From NCBI GenBank assembly GCA_964016885.1, contig OZ024754.1, forward strand, positions 33,790,001-33,854,000: DNA of 64,000 nucleotides, written 5' to 3'. This DNA is from Eledone cirrhosa. Its lineage: Eukaryota. The position numbers and the translations under genes were made by a program. Below the pieces are notes generated by a model that searched no databases, had not been told where the DNA came from, and saw only the letters and a list, made by a program, of their open reading frames with translations. Below, one piece after another: positions 28,400 through 41,118 of the stretch (position 1 is the first letter of the stretch; each line of letters begins with the position of its first letter).

Positions 28400-29455
28400 A
28401 CCACTAGTGGGTAATTTTATAGTGGTTCCACTACTACCACTTTACAGGGTGGACTGGATGCATTTCATAGTAGTACCACTACTACCACTTTACAGGATGG
28501 ACTGGATGCATTTCATAGTAGTACCAGTACTACCAGTTTACAGGGTGGACTGGGTGCATTTCATAGTAGTGCCAGTACTACCACTTTACAGGATGGACTG
28601 GATGCATTTCATAGTAGTACCAGTACTACCAGTTTACAGGGTGGACTGGATGCATTTCATAGTAGTACCAGTACTACCAGTTTACAGGGTGGACTGGATG
28701 CATTTCATAGTAGTACCAGTACTACCACTTTACAGGATGGACTGGATGCATTTCATAGTAGTACCAGTACTACCAGTTTACAGGGTGGACTGGGTGCATT
28801 TCATAGTAGTACCAGTACTACCACTTTACAGGATGGACTGGATGAATTTCATAGTAGTACCAGTACTACCAGTTTACAGGGTGGACTGGGTGCATTTCAT
28901 AGTAGTACCAGTACTACCAGTTTACAGGGTGGACTGGGTGCATTTCATAGTAGTACCAGTACTACCACTTTACAGGATGGACTGGATGCATTTCATAGTA
29001 GTACCAGTACTACCAGTTTACAGGGTGGACTGGGTGCATTTCATAGTAGTACCAGTACTACCAGTTTACAGGGTGGACTGGGTGCATTTCATAGTAGTAC
29101 CAGTACTACCAGTTTACAGGGTGGACTGGGTGCATTTCATAGTAGTACCAGTACTACCAGTTTACAGGGTGGACTGGGTGCATTTCATAGTAGTACCAGT
29201 ACTACCAGTTTACAGGGTGGACTGGGTGCATTTCATAGTGGTACCAGTACTACCACTTTACAGGATGGACTGGATGCATTTCATAGTAGTACCAGTACTA
29301 CCAGTTTACAGGGTGGACTGGGTGCATTTCATAGTGGTACCAGTACTACCACTTTACAGGATGGACTGGATGCATTTCATAGTAGTACCAGTACTACCAG
29401 TTTACAGGGTGGACTGGGTGCATTTCATAGTGGTACCAATACTACCAGTTTACAG
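28400..29455. repeat. 48-bp minisatellite, ~22 copies, same module family
   Basis: Unit CCAGTTTACAGGGTGGACTGGGTGCATTTCATAGTAGTACCAGTACTA. Confidence 0.95.
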
Positions 29456-30639
29456 CTCTAGCATTAGAGAGGCTGTCGTATCAGTCACATACAACACTAT
29501 GAGTAAAGGGAGACGATTTTGGTATAGATGTTGTCTTTGATAGAGTTGAGTTCTTGTTGCTTTTATAACATATTCACTTAGACTAGATTGTTAAATTTAC
29601 ACTATGAATCTTAATGAAAAAGCTTTCATTTTTAATTTTGATAAGCATTTCTTCAGCATAGCACTAACCTCAATGATATCAGTTAAATAAAGAAAAACTA
29701 TGAAAACTCATGGAAAACAAGAGAAGGTAGATGGCAGAGTAGTTATGGTGTTGGACTCACTATTAGGTTGTGCATTGTCTGAGTTTCATTTCATGTTGCT
29801 CCAGCATACACAACTCTAAAAAATAAGATTACCAGGATAGTACTGTGTCCCTATCATTAAAATACTTCATAGGAGGCTAGTTAAACCTACATCGGTGAGA
29901 GCTGTAACAACATACGTGTATATATGATAGGACTGGAGCCCTAATCATTAAACATTGAGAAACATCCTGAGATGCAACCTAAGACACCAGCTAACCTTAC
30001 ATAGGTGTGAGCTATAACAACAATGGACAACAAAGTCACATTGTATGCATTTTAAAATCTTCTTTGTGTGTATGTATGTATCATTGGTAGTCTCAGACGA
30101 CCATGCTTAATGCACCTGGGGTTAAGTCTAGTCACTGGCATTGTCTGCTGTTACTGTGCAGATACATGTGTATTCTTGGGTTGTTGTCATGTCTGCTTGG
30201 GTTCTGGAGATGCCACTCCAGCCTCGCTCTTATGCGAGGAAACATGGAAGCTGAAGTTTATGAGTTATAAGTCCCAACCTTGATTGGTGTTGACAATAGG
30301 ACACCAGAGATCAGCTTCGACGGTGGGAGGGATCATTGTATCCCAAAGGACTACTCCCTGCCTCAAGCCAGGCGGCCCCTGATCAGTATGGTGGTGCCAT
30401 GCCAACGTCTGCCTAGAGCTCAGTGTATTGATATGCACAACAAGCAGAGAGGAATCTTGTACCAAACAAAAGTATGTATGTTTAAGAGTTTATATTATAT
30501 ATATATAATCCCACCCTTGCAAACAGGGAAAAGCGAATAATGAATGATGATACATATATAATATAGAAGGTGAGTAATATTGTAGAACAATAAGACTATG
30601 CATATATCAGAAAAGTAGCACTCAACAGTTGGTAGAACT

Positions 30640-31088
30640 GGAGTATATATAATAAAGAAGAAATTAAAAGATGGTTAAAAGAGTTCCATATATTTTATTA
30701 TGCGCATTTTGAATACAAAATCATCCTGGGACAAAAATTGTGTTCTCATCAGATAAAATAAGGTAAGATGATATGAGGCATAATAACACTTGTTTACAGG
30801 AAAGTGCTATGTAGACTTTGCACTTTCCTGTAAACAAGTGCTATTATGCCTCATATCATCTTACCTTATTTTATCTGATGAGAACACAATTTTTGTCCCA
30901 GGATGATTTTGTATTCGAAATGCGCATAATAAAATATAATAATAATAATAATAATAATGAAATTATTGTGTAAAGTGCTCAGGTGCACTACAACTCGTCA
31001 AAGGTGTATGTATAGTACATAGAATAATACATGGAACTATTTTAACCATCTTTTAATTTCTTCTTCATTATATATATATATATTCCGG
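30640..31088. mobile_element. fold-back element with hammerheads; right arm split by a ~95-bp CR1 tail insertion
   Basis: Inner arms 30690-30807 and 30820-30937; pairing resumes between 31031-31088 and 30640-30690. The insert at 30938-31030 matches the CR1 tail at 4126-4210. Confidence 0.75.
30869..30934 (+). ncRNA. minimal type I hammerhead ribozyme
   Basis: TTTTAT-CTGATGA-GAAcACAA...TTGTaTTC-GAAA-T(GCGC)A-TA-ATAAAA; palindromic GCGC loop; predicted cleavage after 30928. The mirror copy at 30693-30758 (-) has GAAA>AAAA. Confidence 0.78.
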
Positions 31089-31144
31089 GTTGAATCGGAG
31101 GTAACCACAGTAAGTAAGGTACTCAATACATTGCAGAGTATAAA

Positions 31145-31278
31145 AGTTTTAATATAGATGAGATTCTACAGGACTAGAACTGTTTCATTCTTTAGAAATC
31201 ATCAGGAATCTCAGATTCCTGATGATTTCTAAAGAATGAAACAGTTCTAGTCCTGTAGAATCTCATCTATATTAAAAC

Positions 31279-31279
<1 letters not shown>
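31145..31279. repeat. perfect 67-bp-arm palindrome with an atypical hammerhead-like core
   Basis: Arms pair around a single base at 31212; contains CTGATGA-tTTCT/AGAAt-GAAAC...GTC; flanked by (TA)n. Confidence 0.85.
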
Positions 31280-31310
<31 letters not shown>

Positions 31311-31546
31311 GAATCGAAGTTGTAGCCGCTCTATAGCAGGTACTAATTGAGTTGTTTGAGGCAACCACAAAGCACTCAATTGAGCAAGAAGCTAAACATT
31401 ATCGTTGTCCAGAGTAAAACACAACAGTTATAAAGTGTGACACCAAGAAAAACGATGCAGTGGTCATATATATATATAAACTGTTTAAAACACAAAAAGA
31501 CACCAGATCTGATTAATTTATTCCTTTATTTCCTCTCCCATATAAA

Positions 31547-31611
31547 TCACTGAGGAGCCACTGAAGGCACTAACTGTCCTTTTGAAGCCATTGTCATAAT
31601 AGCAGCCACAT
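31547..31611 (-). CDS. EIF3K: eIF3 subunit K, exon 8 (last): (N)VAAIMTMASKGQLVPSVAPQ*
   Basis: Polypyrimidine-AG acceptor; phase matches exon 7; resembles the eIF3K terminus (VSSIMAS); AATAAA at 31525-31530 and 31517-31522. Confidence 0.8.
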
Positions 31612-31921
31612 CTAAAAAAAAAAGAAAATTTCAATTAGATTATATTGGAATGAGATATAGTGTGTAGAAGTGAAGACTGTGTTGGTATGAACATGGGTGC
31701 ACATAGATGATGACTTTTAGGTGAAAAAGTGCCAAGAAATCCCAGTGGAAGGAAGCTGTAGTAGAGGGAGATCGACAAAGACCAAAGCAGGGGTTGTGAG
31801 AGTTAATCTTAAATTACTGAAGCTCACAGAGAAGATGACAAAGGACAAAAGTAAGTGGAAGGATGATGTAGTGATAAAGACCCGTCCAACCCATGCAAGC
31901 ATGGAAAAGCAGATGTAAAGC

Positions 31922-31966
<45 letters not shown>

Positions 31967-32472
31967 ATGTAGGATTAGAAATTGAAAAAAAAAATGTTGT
32001 GAAAGAAGAAAAACAAAGATGTAGGCAAAAGTGGTGAGAACTAAACCCTCAGAAAGGAGTTGACAAAGAAATACAAGAAGACACAGTATTGGAGGTGACA
32101 ACGTCCAATCCATGCAAAAGTTTCTACAGCACACCGCAATATTGGAGCATTAAACCAGCATTTTCTTATTGTAGCCATGCTGGAGCACTGCCTGGATTTA
32201 GTTGATTAAATCAACCCCATCACAGTACTTATTTGCCCAAGGTGTCACACTGTGGTACTGAGCCTGGTACCACATCATTGTGAAGCGAACACCTTAACAA
32301 CAAAGCCATACCTGCACCTACTCAATATCTAAATACTAAGTTTTAGCAAAAATCTCACTTTTGCAGGGTTTAGCCAAATCAATTAATAGCTCTTTCACAA
32401 AATTGTGAACATTATTTTTTTTCTGATGTATGTATATATATATATGTGTGTGTGTGTGTTTATATATGTGAA

Positions 32473-32504
<32 letters not shown>

Positions 32505-34552
32505 CACACACATTCACATATATAGTTTACTCAGCTGTAGAAATGAGATGATAGGGACTGGGGTCCCTATCAATCCACTGCAAATGGTCGTGGAGGTGCC
32601 ACGGCAAAAAAGCACCCAGCACTCACTGTAAATGGGGTTGGTGTTAGGAAGGGCATCCAGCTGTAGAAATCATGCCAGAATCAGTTCCCGTCCCACCCTT
32701 GCAAGCAGGGAAAAGTGGACGTGAAATGAAATGATGAAATGATGATGAAATGATATATATACACACACCCAGCACACACCGTCTATGTGGTTGGCATTAG
32801 GAAGAGCATTCAGCTGTAGAAAACCAGCCAGAAACACTCCTATATGAGCGAGACACAGTCACCTAAACCAACTTGCCTCTAAATGGGACAAACCCCACCT
32901 AACGTGGAAGATAGATGTTAATCAATGATGATGATGATATTATTATTATTATAAACTTAAGAAAATTAACAAAGAGAGAAGACAAAAAACCAAAACAAAA
33001 CAAAACAAAACAAAACGAAAAACGATTTTTTTTTAAAGGGGAAACCCTAAAAAATAATTTCTTAAAAATAAAAATACAAGTGAAAGACACAGAACTCTAA
33101 GGTCATCAGCTGTTGAGATGGACTTGGGCAGTTTTGACTCCTACCAACGGTACTGCTGGTCTATCTGGGGTCACAGTGTCTGACATAAGTCAAATGCTGT
33201 CCAGTGGAATAATAGACGAGAGACAAAACATTAATTTATAGCAATTAAGCTACAAAACACAGAATTTTGTGTGATGTCAGGAGAAATTGTGTGGTGCCTC
33301 TTATAGCATGAATGAAACAAAGAAAAAAGGAAGAAAGTAAGATAGTGTGTAAAAGTGTCAGCCATTGCAATAAATGGGAGGACAAGAGAAAAACATGTTA
33401 ATTACATTAGTAGATGAACTTTAGAAAATTAACAAAGAGAGCAAATGAAAAAAAAAACAAAACGAAAAACAATATATATGACATCATTTTATGTCCGCTT
33501 TTCCCTGCTTGCAAGGGTGGGACGGGAACTGATTCTGGCTTGATTTCTACAGCTGGCTGCCCTTCCTAACACCAACCTCATTTACAGTGAGTGCTGGGTG
33601 CTTTTTTGCCGTGGAATGATAGGGACCCCAGTCCTACATCTCATTTCTACAGCTGAGTAAACTGGAGCAATGTGAAATAAAGTGTCTTGCTCAAGGAAAC
33701 AACACATCACCCGGTCTGAGAATTGAACTCACAACCTTTCGATTGCAAGCCCAATGCTCTAACCACTAAGCCATGTGCCTCCATATATATATATATACAC
33801 ACACACACTGTAAATGTGGTTGGAGTTAGGAAGGGCATGCAGCTGTAAAAACCCCGGCCTAATTTACAGTCCCGCCAAAGCAAGGTACACCATGGCCAAT
33901 CCCGGCCAGACTTGTCTCTCAGCGCGGACAACCCATCTGACCCATGCAAGCATGGAAAAATGGACATTAGACGGTGATGGTGATGATGATATAAATATAT
34001 ATATTATATATATAAAGGAACGATCGACTTTCGTCAAATCGGACCGAGGGAACAATGTTTCCGTTGGTCTTTCCAATTGCTAATACTATCTATTGGTCGC
34101 AACTCCAGGTAGAAGGAGCAACGTGAAATAAAGTGTCTTGCTCAAGGACATAATGCATCACCTGGTCCAGGAATCGAACTCACAACCTTACGATTGCGAA
34201 TACAATTCTCTAACCACTCAGCCACACGCCTTCACCATTATATATATATATATATTATATATATATATATATATTATATATATATACACATATAGATACA
34301 TCATCATCATTGCTTAAATATTCCTTTTTCCCTGCTAGCAAAGGTTGGACAGGTCATCACAAACTTCTCAGTTCTCAAACAGCTACTGTGACCCCTTAAG
34401 ATGGGCCAGTGGCCCAGCATCTTACATATATTCTCACACTTCATATATATCTCGATAGGTTGAGCAGGATGAGATCTCTACAACCCCTCTACCTGTCTGG
34501 TCGTTGACTGTGACAACCAGTCCAACACATGCCTGTTACAAGAAATGCTTAC

Positions 34553-34678
34553 TTTCAAGTGTTATTGTTTCTTTAATGTTCTTTGTTTTGATGCTTTCTT
34601 CCTGAACGGCAATAAAAATGGTTTCATTATCTATAAACTTCCAACCATATTTAGCTATCCATTGGTTCAACTGCATTT
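34553..34678 (-). CDS. EIF3K: eIF3K exon 7: (E)MQLNQWIAKYGWKFIDNETIFIAVQEESIKTKNIKETITLE
   Basis: KYGW and QEESIK.KNI.E.I motifs; AG/GTAAGC boundaries; 126 nt. Confidence 0.93.
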
Positions 34679-34727
34679 CTGAAACAGAAACAAACAAAAA
34701 ATTAAATTTGTAGCTCACACCTATGTA

Positions 34728-35284
34728 TGAGGGTCAGGTGAAAAGTTCATAGGCTGACTATGAAGGAGTGATGCTAGGGCTGTGAAAATTTGCATGCATT
34801 AATTTCAACTCTTCTTAATAACTGCATTGTTTCTTTCCAGGGACTATGTTGAAAAATAAACCTCTTTTGGTCAGCCTATGAAGGAGTGATGCTAGAGCTT
34901 TGAAATCTTGCATGCATTAATTTCAACTCTTCTTAATAACTGCATTGTTTCTTTCCAGGGACTATGTTGAAAAATAAACCTCATTTGGTCAGCCTATGAA
35001 GGAGTGATGCTAGAGCTATGAAATCTTGCATGCATTAATTTCAACTCATTTTATTAATAACTGAATTGTTTCTTTCCAGGGACTATGTTGAAAAATAAAC
35101 CTCATTTGGTCAGCCTATGAAGGAGTGATGCTAGAGCTATGAAATCTTGCATGCATTAATTTCAACTCTTTTTAGTAATAACTGAATTGTTTCTTTCCAG
35201 GGACTATGTTGAAAAATAAACCTCATTTGATCATTCCATGAGAGTATCTTGATCAGCCTATATGAACTTTTCAGTCGACCCTCA
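34728..35284 (+). mobile_element. mariner-derived MITE with 4 internal tandem copies (~118-121 bp)
   Basis: TA|TGAGGGTC....GAAAAGTTCATAGGCTGA ... TCAGCCTATATGAACTTTTCAGTCGACCCTCA|TA. The internal unit includes GGGACTATGTTGAAAAATAA, the GDYVEK* end of a mariner transposase. Confidence 0.8.
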
Positions 35285-36017
35285 TAGGTTTAGCTGGCCT
35301 CATACAAGGTTGCATCTCATAAGAAGTTTCTTAGGATTTATGATAGGAATCCCTATACTAGCAATCTCTTATGCAACATTTCCACAGTTTCTGTCTACCA
35401 ATCACATTCAATCAGAAGGCATTGAACAGCCCACATCTATATAGTCCTGTCATGAAAAACGTGAAAGAAGGACCTTGCTCAATCAATAGTGCAATACACT
35501 TCTAAAAAAAAGTCTTAAGTCTGTCTCAAGCATGGAGGTTCATCAGGTCGGTGCTTATCCCGGTTTCCATGGCATGAAGCAACAGAGAATACAAGACTTT
35601 TCCCCAGACAGGACACAAGTACATCACAGTGTTAAAGTCTGTCTCGAGGCTGGAGTCTTATCAGGCCAGTGTTTATCCCAGTTTTTATGGGGTGAAGCAA
35701 CAGAAAGTACAAGACTTCCCCCATGGGACAGGTCACCAGTCCATCACAGGGTTAAACCCCCCAGCTATTGCTGGTACTCATTTTCAGCTGAGTATACTGG
35801 AGCAATGTGAAATGAAATGTTTTGCTCAAGAACACACAACCCAGTCGAGGAATCGAACCACCCACAACATTATAATCGTTAGCCCAACACCTTTACCATT
35901 AGACCCCGCACCTCCAGCAACAAGCTTCAGAACCTTATGATCAGCCACCACCAACCCCCACACACCCCTTCAAATGTGACTCTTTAAAAGAAACGAACAA
36001 ATAAATCAACAAAATAC

Positions 36018-36095
36018 CTGGGATGCAACCAAGTAAATCTGTAAACACATTTCTGCTGATTGTATCATAACTGATTCCAATAACATGGCAGATAT
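36018..36095 (-). CDS. EIF3K: eIF3K exon 6: (Y)ICHVIGISYDTISRNVFTDLLGCIP
   Basis: Matches FICHVVGITYQ.I....L.EMLG; AG/GT boundaries; 78 nt; phases consistent. Confidence 0.93.
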
Positions 36096-36279
36096 CTGGA
36101 AAAAAAATAACAGGAATTTTTTTTTAATGTTTTCTTCTAAAGTTCAATCAACATCATCATCATCATTTAACATCCTAGCCATTCCATGCTAGCATGGGTT
36201 AGACAAGTTGTCCCGTTGTGAGACGAGTCAGGTCAGATGACCGTGGCTTGCTCACACAGAACTGTTTCTAGCTTGGGCC

Positions 36280-36650
36280 AACCACATTTACAGTGTGGAC
36301 TGGGTGCTTTTTATCGTGGTACCAAATGGAATGGGTGTTTTTTTTTTATTATGACACCAAAATAACCACTTTACAGTGTGGACTGGGCGCTTTTTGTTCT
36401 GACACCAATACGACCACTTTACAGTGTGGACTGAGCACTTGTTGTCGTGTCACTAACACAACAACTTTACAGTGTGAACTGGGTGCTTGTTGTTGAGTCA
36501 CTAACACAAGCACTTTACAGTGTGGACTGGGTGCTTGTTGTTGAGTCACTAACACAAGCACTTTACAGTGTGGACCAGGCACTTGTTGTCGAGTCACTAA
36601 CACAACAACTTTACAAAGTGAATTGAGTGCTTTTTGTTGTGGCATAGAAA
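36280..36650. repeat. 48-bp module array, ~7 diverged copies, attached to a SINE tail
   Basis: CACTTTACAGTGTGGACTGGG core repeated at a 48-bp period. Confidence 0.85.
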
Positions 36651-36849
36651 TGACCAGCATTGACTAAGTTAATTTACATTCCAACAAATAAATGTTCTCT
36701 TTCCATATTTCTAATGATATACACTGTATTCCAATTAGTTAATGAAGAATTTGGATGGGTTTAGAAAAATTATTAAATATTTCATTATTAAAGTTGTATT
36801 TGTAACATAATGAAAAGTTCTCAACAAATTATGTTGGAAAGTTTTAATT

Positions 36850-37041
36850 TAGCATGTATACTCAAATATAAGCTGTGGAATATGTGACCAAATAATCGAT
36901 GGTAAAGTGGGCAGCAGCTTATACATACCATCTAAACAATGTGTTGATTAGCTGCCTCAGTTTAATAATGGGGTTTGGATTTTTGCCCATTTCTCAGACA
37001 TAAAACAGGAGGGTCTAGCTTATATTCCAATATATACGGTA
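36850..37041. mobile_element. pogo/Tigger-like MITE
   Basis: Degenerate TIRs (..GTATACTCAAATATAAG / CTTATATTCCAATATATACGG|TA); homologous copy at ~63365-63490. Confidence 0.55.
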
Positions 37042-37341
37042 AAGAGGAAATTTTGTTTCATAGAACCAGAGCGAGTTGTAGCCAGGTTGGTATCAAAAGA
37101 GTTAAATGAAGAGAACTTAACTCTTTAGCATTTAAACCGGCCATATCCGGCCAGAATTCTCTCACCTCTTTCTGTTCAAACCGGCTGTAACTGGCTACTC
37201 ATACTGATGTTAAGGTATTGTTCTCAAAATAAATAATATCAAAATTTCATAGATTCGATATAATGTGATTATAAAATATAATAGTAAATATAGATTAATG
37301 TAAATGTTAAAGGATTAAAATAACAAATAAAAAAAACTTAC

Positions 37342-37420
37342 ATTTTCTGATTGAGTCTTCAAATCCAACTACATTGTATACCATACATGGTAGACTTTCA
37401 GATTCTGTTTGGAAATAATT
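37342..37420 (-). CDS. EIF3K: eIF3K exon 5: NYFQTESESLPCMVYNVVGFEDSIRK
   Basis: GFEDSIRK motif; AG/GTAAGT boundaries; 79 nt. Confidence 0.88.
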
Positions 37421-39454
37421 CTAAAAATAGAATTTCCAAATAATTATTTTAATTCATAATATAAAGACAGGAAAAACATGTAAGGATTTCTTCTAAAGAG
37501 TTAATAATAATAATGGTTTCTGATTTAGGCACAAGGCTAACAATTTTTGTGGGAGGGGAAAGTCGATTAAATCGACCTCAGTGAATGACTGGTACTTTAT
37601 TTTATCGACTCCGTAAAGATGAAAGGTAAATCTACGCTCAGCAGGATTTGAACTCCAAACGTAAACAGCCATAACTCTGTGCCACGAAGCAGGGTTTCCG
37701 ACACTCTACAATAATAATAATACAAATGTATACTACATATGGAGGCACATGGCTTAGTGGTTAGAGCATTGGGCTTGCAATCGAAAGGTTGTGAGTTCAA
37801 TTCTCAGACCGGGTGATGTGTTGTTTCCTTGAGCAAGACACTTTATTTCACATTGCTCCAGTTTACTCAGCTGTAGAAATGAGATGATAGGGACTAGGGT
37901 CCCTATCATTCCACTGCAAAGTGGTCGTGGAGGTGCCACGGCAAAAAAAGCACCCAGCCCACACTGTAAAGTGGACGTGTAGGTGCCACGGCAAAAAAGC
38001 ACGCAGCACTCACTGTAAATGAATCAGTTCCCAGACACTGCCCACAAGACAACCCGTCTAACCCATGCTAGCATGGAAGAACGGACGTAAAACGGTGATG
38101 ATGATGATGTATAGTATATATACTTAAGCCTTCACCCCCAAATCTTAAAACTGTAATGGAAGCTGTATATAGTAGAGAGTTCCTCATCTACCTTCCTATT
38201 TACCATGCAGTTTACACCATATCTTTGTCTAATGATTATCTGTTATCTATATACTACTAAAACTCTGTGATTGTGTGCTTGTCTATAATTCAATGCAGCC
38301 AAAACAGCGCATATTGGGGAAAATACTTTGAAAGGAAGTTGCTCCTGAAATGGGAATACAAATGGAATAAAACCAGTTTTGTGTAAATCAGAGCACGGGT
38401 TCCCGAGATGCAGGGTTTTTTCAGGTACCTTCATAAATAGCCAAAATCTCCGTGATAACCAATCAAATCACTAGCATGCTTATCATTGTGTTTCATTTCC
38501 AAAAAGCCTTAGTACAATTAAGTTAAAGACAAACAGGAAGAGCCCATTGGGTTACGGGTAGTCTAATCACCTTTAATTACTAAATAATTAAAAGGATCAT
38601 TATACAAGGTGTCAACATAGATCACTAATCTGTTTGGTTTACATGACACAGCTGTCAAAAATTTAATTAACTAGTTAATCCTCTTTTAATTGGAAAATAA
38701 CATTGTACATATAACTCTGCATTGAACAATGTTCTCTAGTTTAAACATCCAGCAGCAGATTTTCCCAATTCCGCCTGCATGTTATACTCCAAAACTAGGC
38801 TTTTCTAGACATTTTTCTGGCCCAAAAAGGGGTGCGCATTATACACGAAAGAATACGGTACTGTGATAAAGATGGCAGTGTTAGACACTCACAAGAATGA
38901 GCCTCATGATTTGGACTGGCTCTTTCAGTGCATCTCCCTCGCTACCCTCTGGGGTAATGCCATTGTAATTTTGATGTTGCCATGAAGCAACATCCACCTG
39001 AGGTTTTGTACTTCAAAAATACAGAACAAATAATAACCGTTCGTTCAATGATTTGTACTGTTGTTTATCACCAGATATTCATACAACTTTATGTGTAATT
39101 AAATTGTTGTAAGTTATCTCTTAACATCCTGTAATGATTTAGCAGAAAATATCTAAAAACAGGTTTGTTAATTCAAAAGTTTACAGTACCTTTTAGTAGT
39201 AGTGAAGAGATCAATGTAAAAAATTTACTGTATTATCTCTTAACATCTTGTAATGATTTAGCAGAAAATATCTAAAAACATTTTTTTTTCATAGTACCTT
39301 TTCTAGTGGACAGATCACTGCAAATTTGCAGTAATTTTATGTAAAGACTAATTTTTAATGGAATGCAGTTTTGTACTTTTCAAAAATGTCTTGTTAATGT
39401 GGTTTGTTAATTCAAACATTTATAATATCTTTACTAATGACAGATCATTGAAAA

Positions 39455-39643
39455 AATTAGCAGTAAGCTAAAGTAAACATTAAGCTAAAACTTTAATTTT
39501 TCATGCAATATAGTCATTGTGCTGTTTTGAACTTTTCAAGAATGTCTTACTCACTAATAAGGCATTCTTGAAAAGTACAAAACAGCACTATGACTATATT
39601 GCATGAAAAATTCAAGTCTTTACTTTAGCTTACTGCTAATTTC
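39455..39643. repeat. inverted repeat (~85-bp arms) in eIF3K intron 4
   Basis: AAATTAGCAGTAAGCTAAAGTAAA...CAAGAATG pairs with CATTCTTG...TTTACTTTAGCTTACTGCTAATTT; lies within a CTCTTAACATC/GATATTAAGAG-bounded MITE-like repeat. Confidence 0.8.
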
Positions 39644-39685
39644 ATGTGGTACTAAGAGATATTAAGAGTTAAAATAATACATTAC

Positions 39686-39760
39686 CCAAAATGCCTTAAA
39701 CTGGCATGTCTCCAAAAGATCTGCTAAAAAGAAGACTTTTTGTATATTTTCAGAACTTAG
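39686..39760 (-). CDS. EIF3K: eIF3K exon 4: LSSENIQKVFFLADLLETCQFKAFW
   Basis: Matches L.DLLETC.F.AFW; 75 nt. Confidence 0.95.
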
Positions 39761-40997
39761 CTAATATTGTAGTCAAGGTAATAATTATTGATAATACACA
39801 ACTTATATAAATACTACGTTAGTTACTTTTTCACTGGTTTTAGTCATTAGACTGTGGCCATGCTGTGGCACTGCCATGGAGTCAACCATAAACATCATTA
39901 CTTTTTTTTTGTTCAAGATTTGTACCTGGTTAATTAATCTCTATTTATCAAACTGGTAAGGGAGGGAGAGAGGATTTACCTCTTGAAACTTAGGCTAAAA
40001 GAAAGGTCTCTGAGTGGTGTAAGTTTATGTATGAAACAGAGACCGTATACAGATCCTTCCATGTCTGACTGTTATATATCGTTTAAACTTCTATAATTAA
40101 TGCTCTGAACTAAAGTTTCATTGAGCTTTATACTGAGAAACATTACTGATATATATTTTACATGTACTACTGATCAAACTTAAAATTAGTATTTATAGGA
40201 GTTCAATAGTTATTGAAACGGTTTGTACATTTTAATTCAATTTTTTTTTCTGGTTATGTATTTTCCGTTTGTTTCATAGATTATATACTTTGTACCAAAG
40301 TTTTTAAGCCCTTGTAATTTTAAACACACATTTTTCTGTGTTTATTTCTATATATTATATAATATATATATAATGATTGTTGACATTTACTCACTCAGTA
40401 TTAAAACAAGAAATGATGATGGACGAAAACATACGTCTGCCATTCTCACACGGTTACTGAGATAGCTGTGACATGATCACTGTTTTAAAACATTCACAGC
40501 AAGACTCGTGTATGGTGTATGTTTATTATACATAAACATTGTATATACGTTCATATACATCTCTAATGCTATACTATATACTAACTTTGATTACGGCGGA
40601 GTATTACATATTTTGGGGTAAAATTAAAATGGGATGTGGGACAAAAATGGTTGAAAAACACTGCTTTAACCCTTTAGCATTTAAACTGGCTGTATCCGGC
40701 CATAACCGGCTGTTCATACTTATATTAAGGTATTGTTCTCAAAGTAAATAATATCAAAATCTCATGGATTTGATATTATGTGAGATATTTATGTGAAATA
40801 AAGTGTTTAGCCTTTAAATGCAATAGTAAATATAGAGTAATGTAAATGCTAAAGGGTTAAATGAAAGAGTTTTTTATCATAGAACCAAAGGCAGTTTCAG
40901 GTGGTTTGGTTATCAAAAGGGTTAAATCAGGGCAACAAAAAATTCATGAAATGAGAAAAAAAAAAAGAAAAAAAAAGAAAAACTATTTTAAGGATAC
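39761..40997 (-). other. U12-type (minor spliceosome) GT-AG intron, eIF3K intron 3
   Basis: 5' splice site GTATCCTT (40997-40990); branch site TACCTTGAC (39780-39772) 11 nt before the 3' end; no polypyrimidine tract. Confidence 0.9.
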
Positions 40998-41118
40998 ATT
41001 TTTTGCAGTGAGGAAGCAATGGCAAAGGTTGAAATCAGTGTGAGGTAAATTGGTGAGGGCTTTCAACAATATATATATTGCCACGGTTTCATTATAATTG
41101 CTTGGGTTGAACTGGTAC
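40998..41118 (-). CDS. EIF3K: eIF3K exon 3: (L)YQFNPSNYNETVAIYILLKALTNLPHTDFNLCHCFLTAKN
   Basis: Diagnostic YQFNP and ILLKALTNLPHTDF.LC.C; 121 nt. Confidence 0.96.

Noticed and set aside
28365-29540. 391-aa repeat protein
   Set aside because: Same 48-bp minisatellite artefact.
34536-34718. Standalone 60-aa ORF
   Set aside because: It is eIF3K exon 7 plus intron flanks.
37741-37815. tRNA gene
   Set aside because: A/B boxes are present but there is no closed cloverleaf; it runs into a CORE-like body and is multi-copy, so it is a SINE head.
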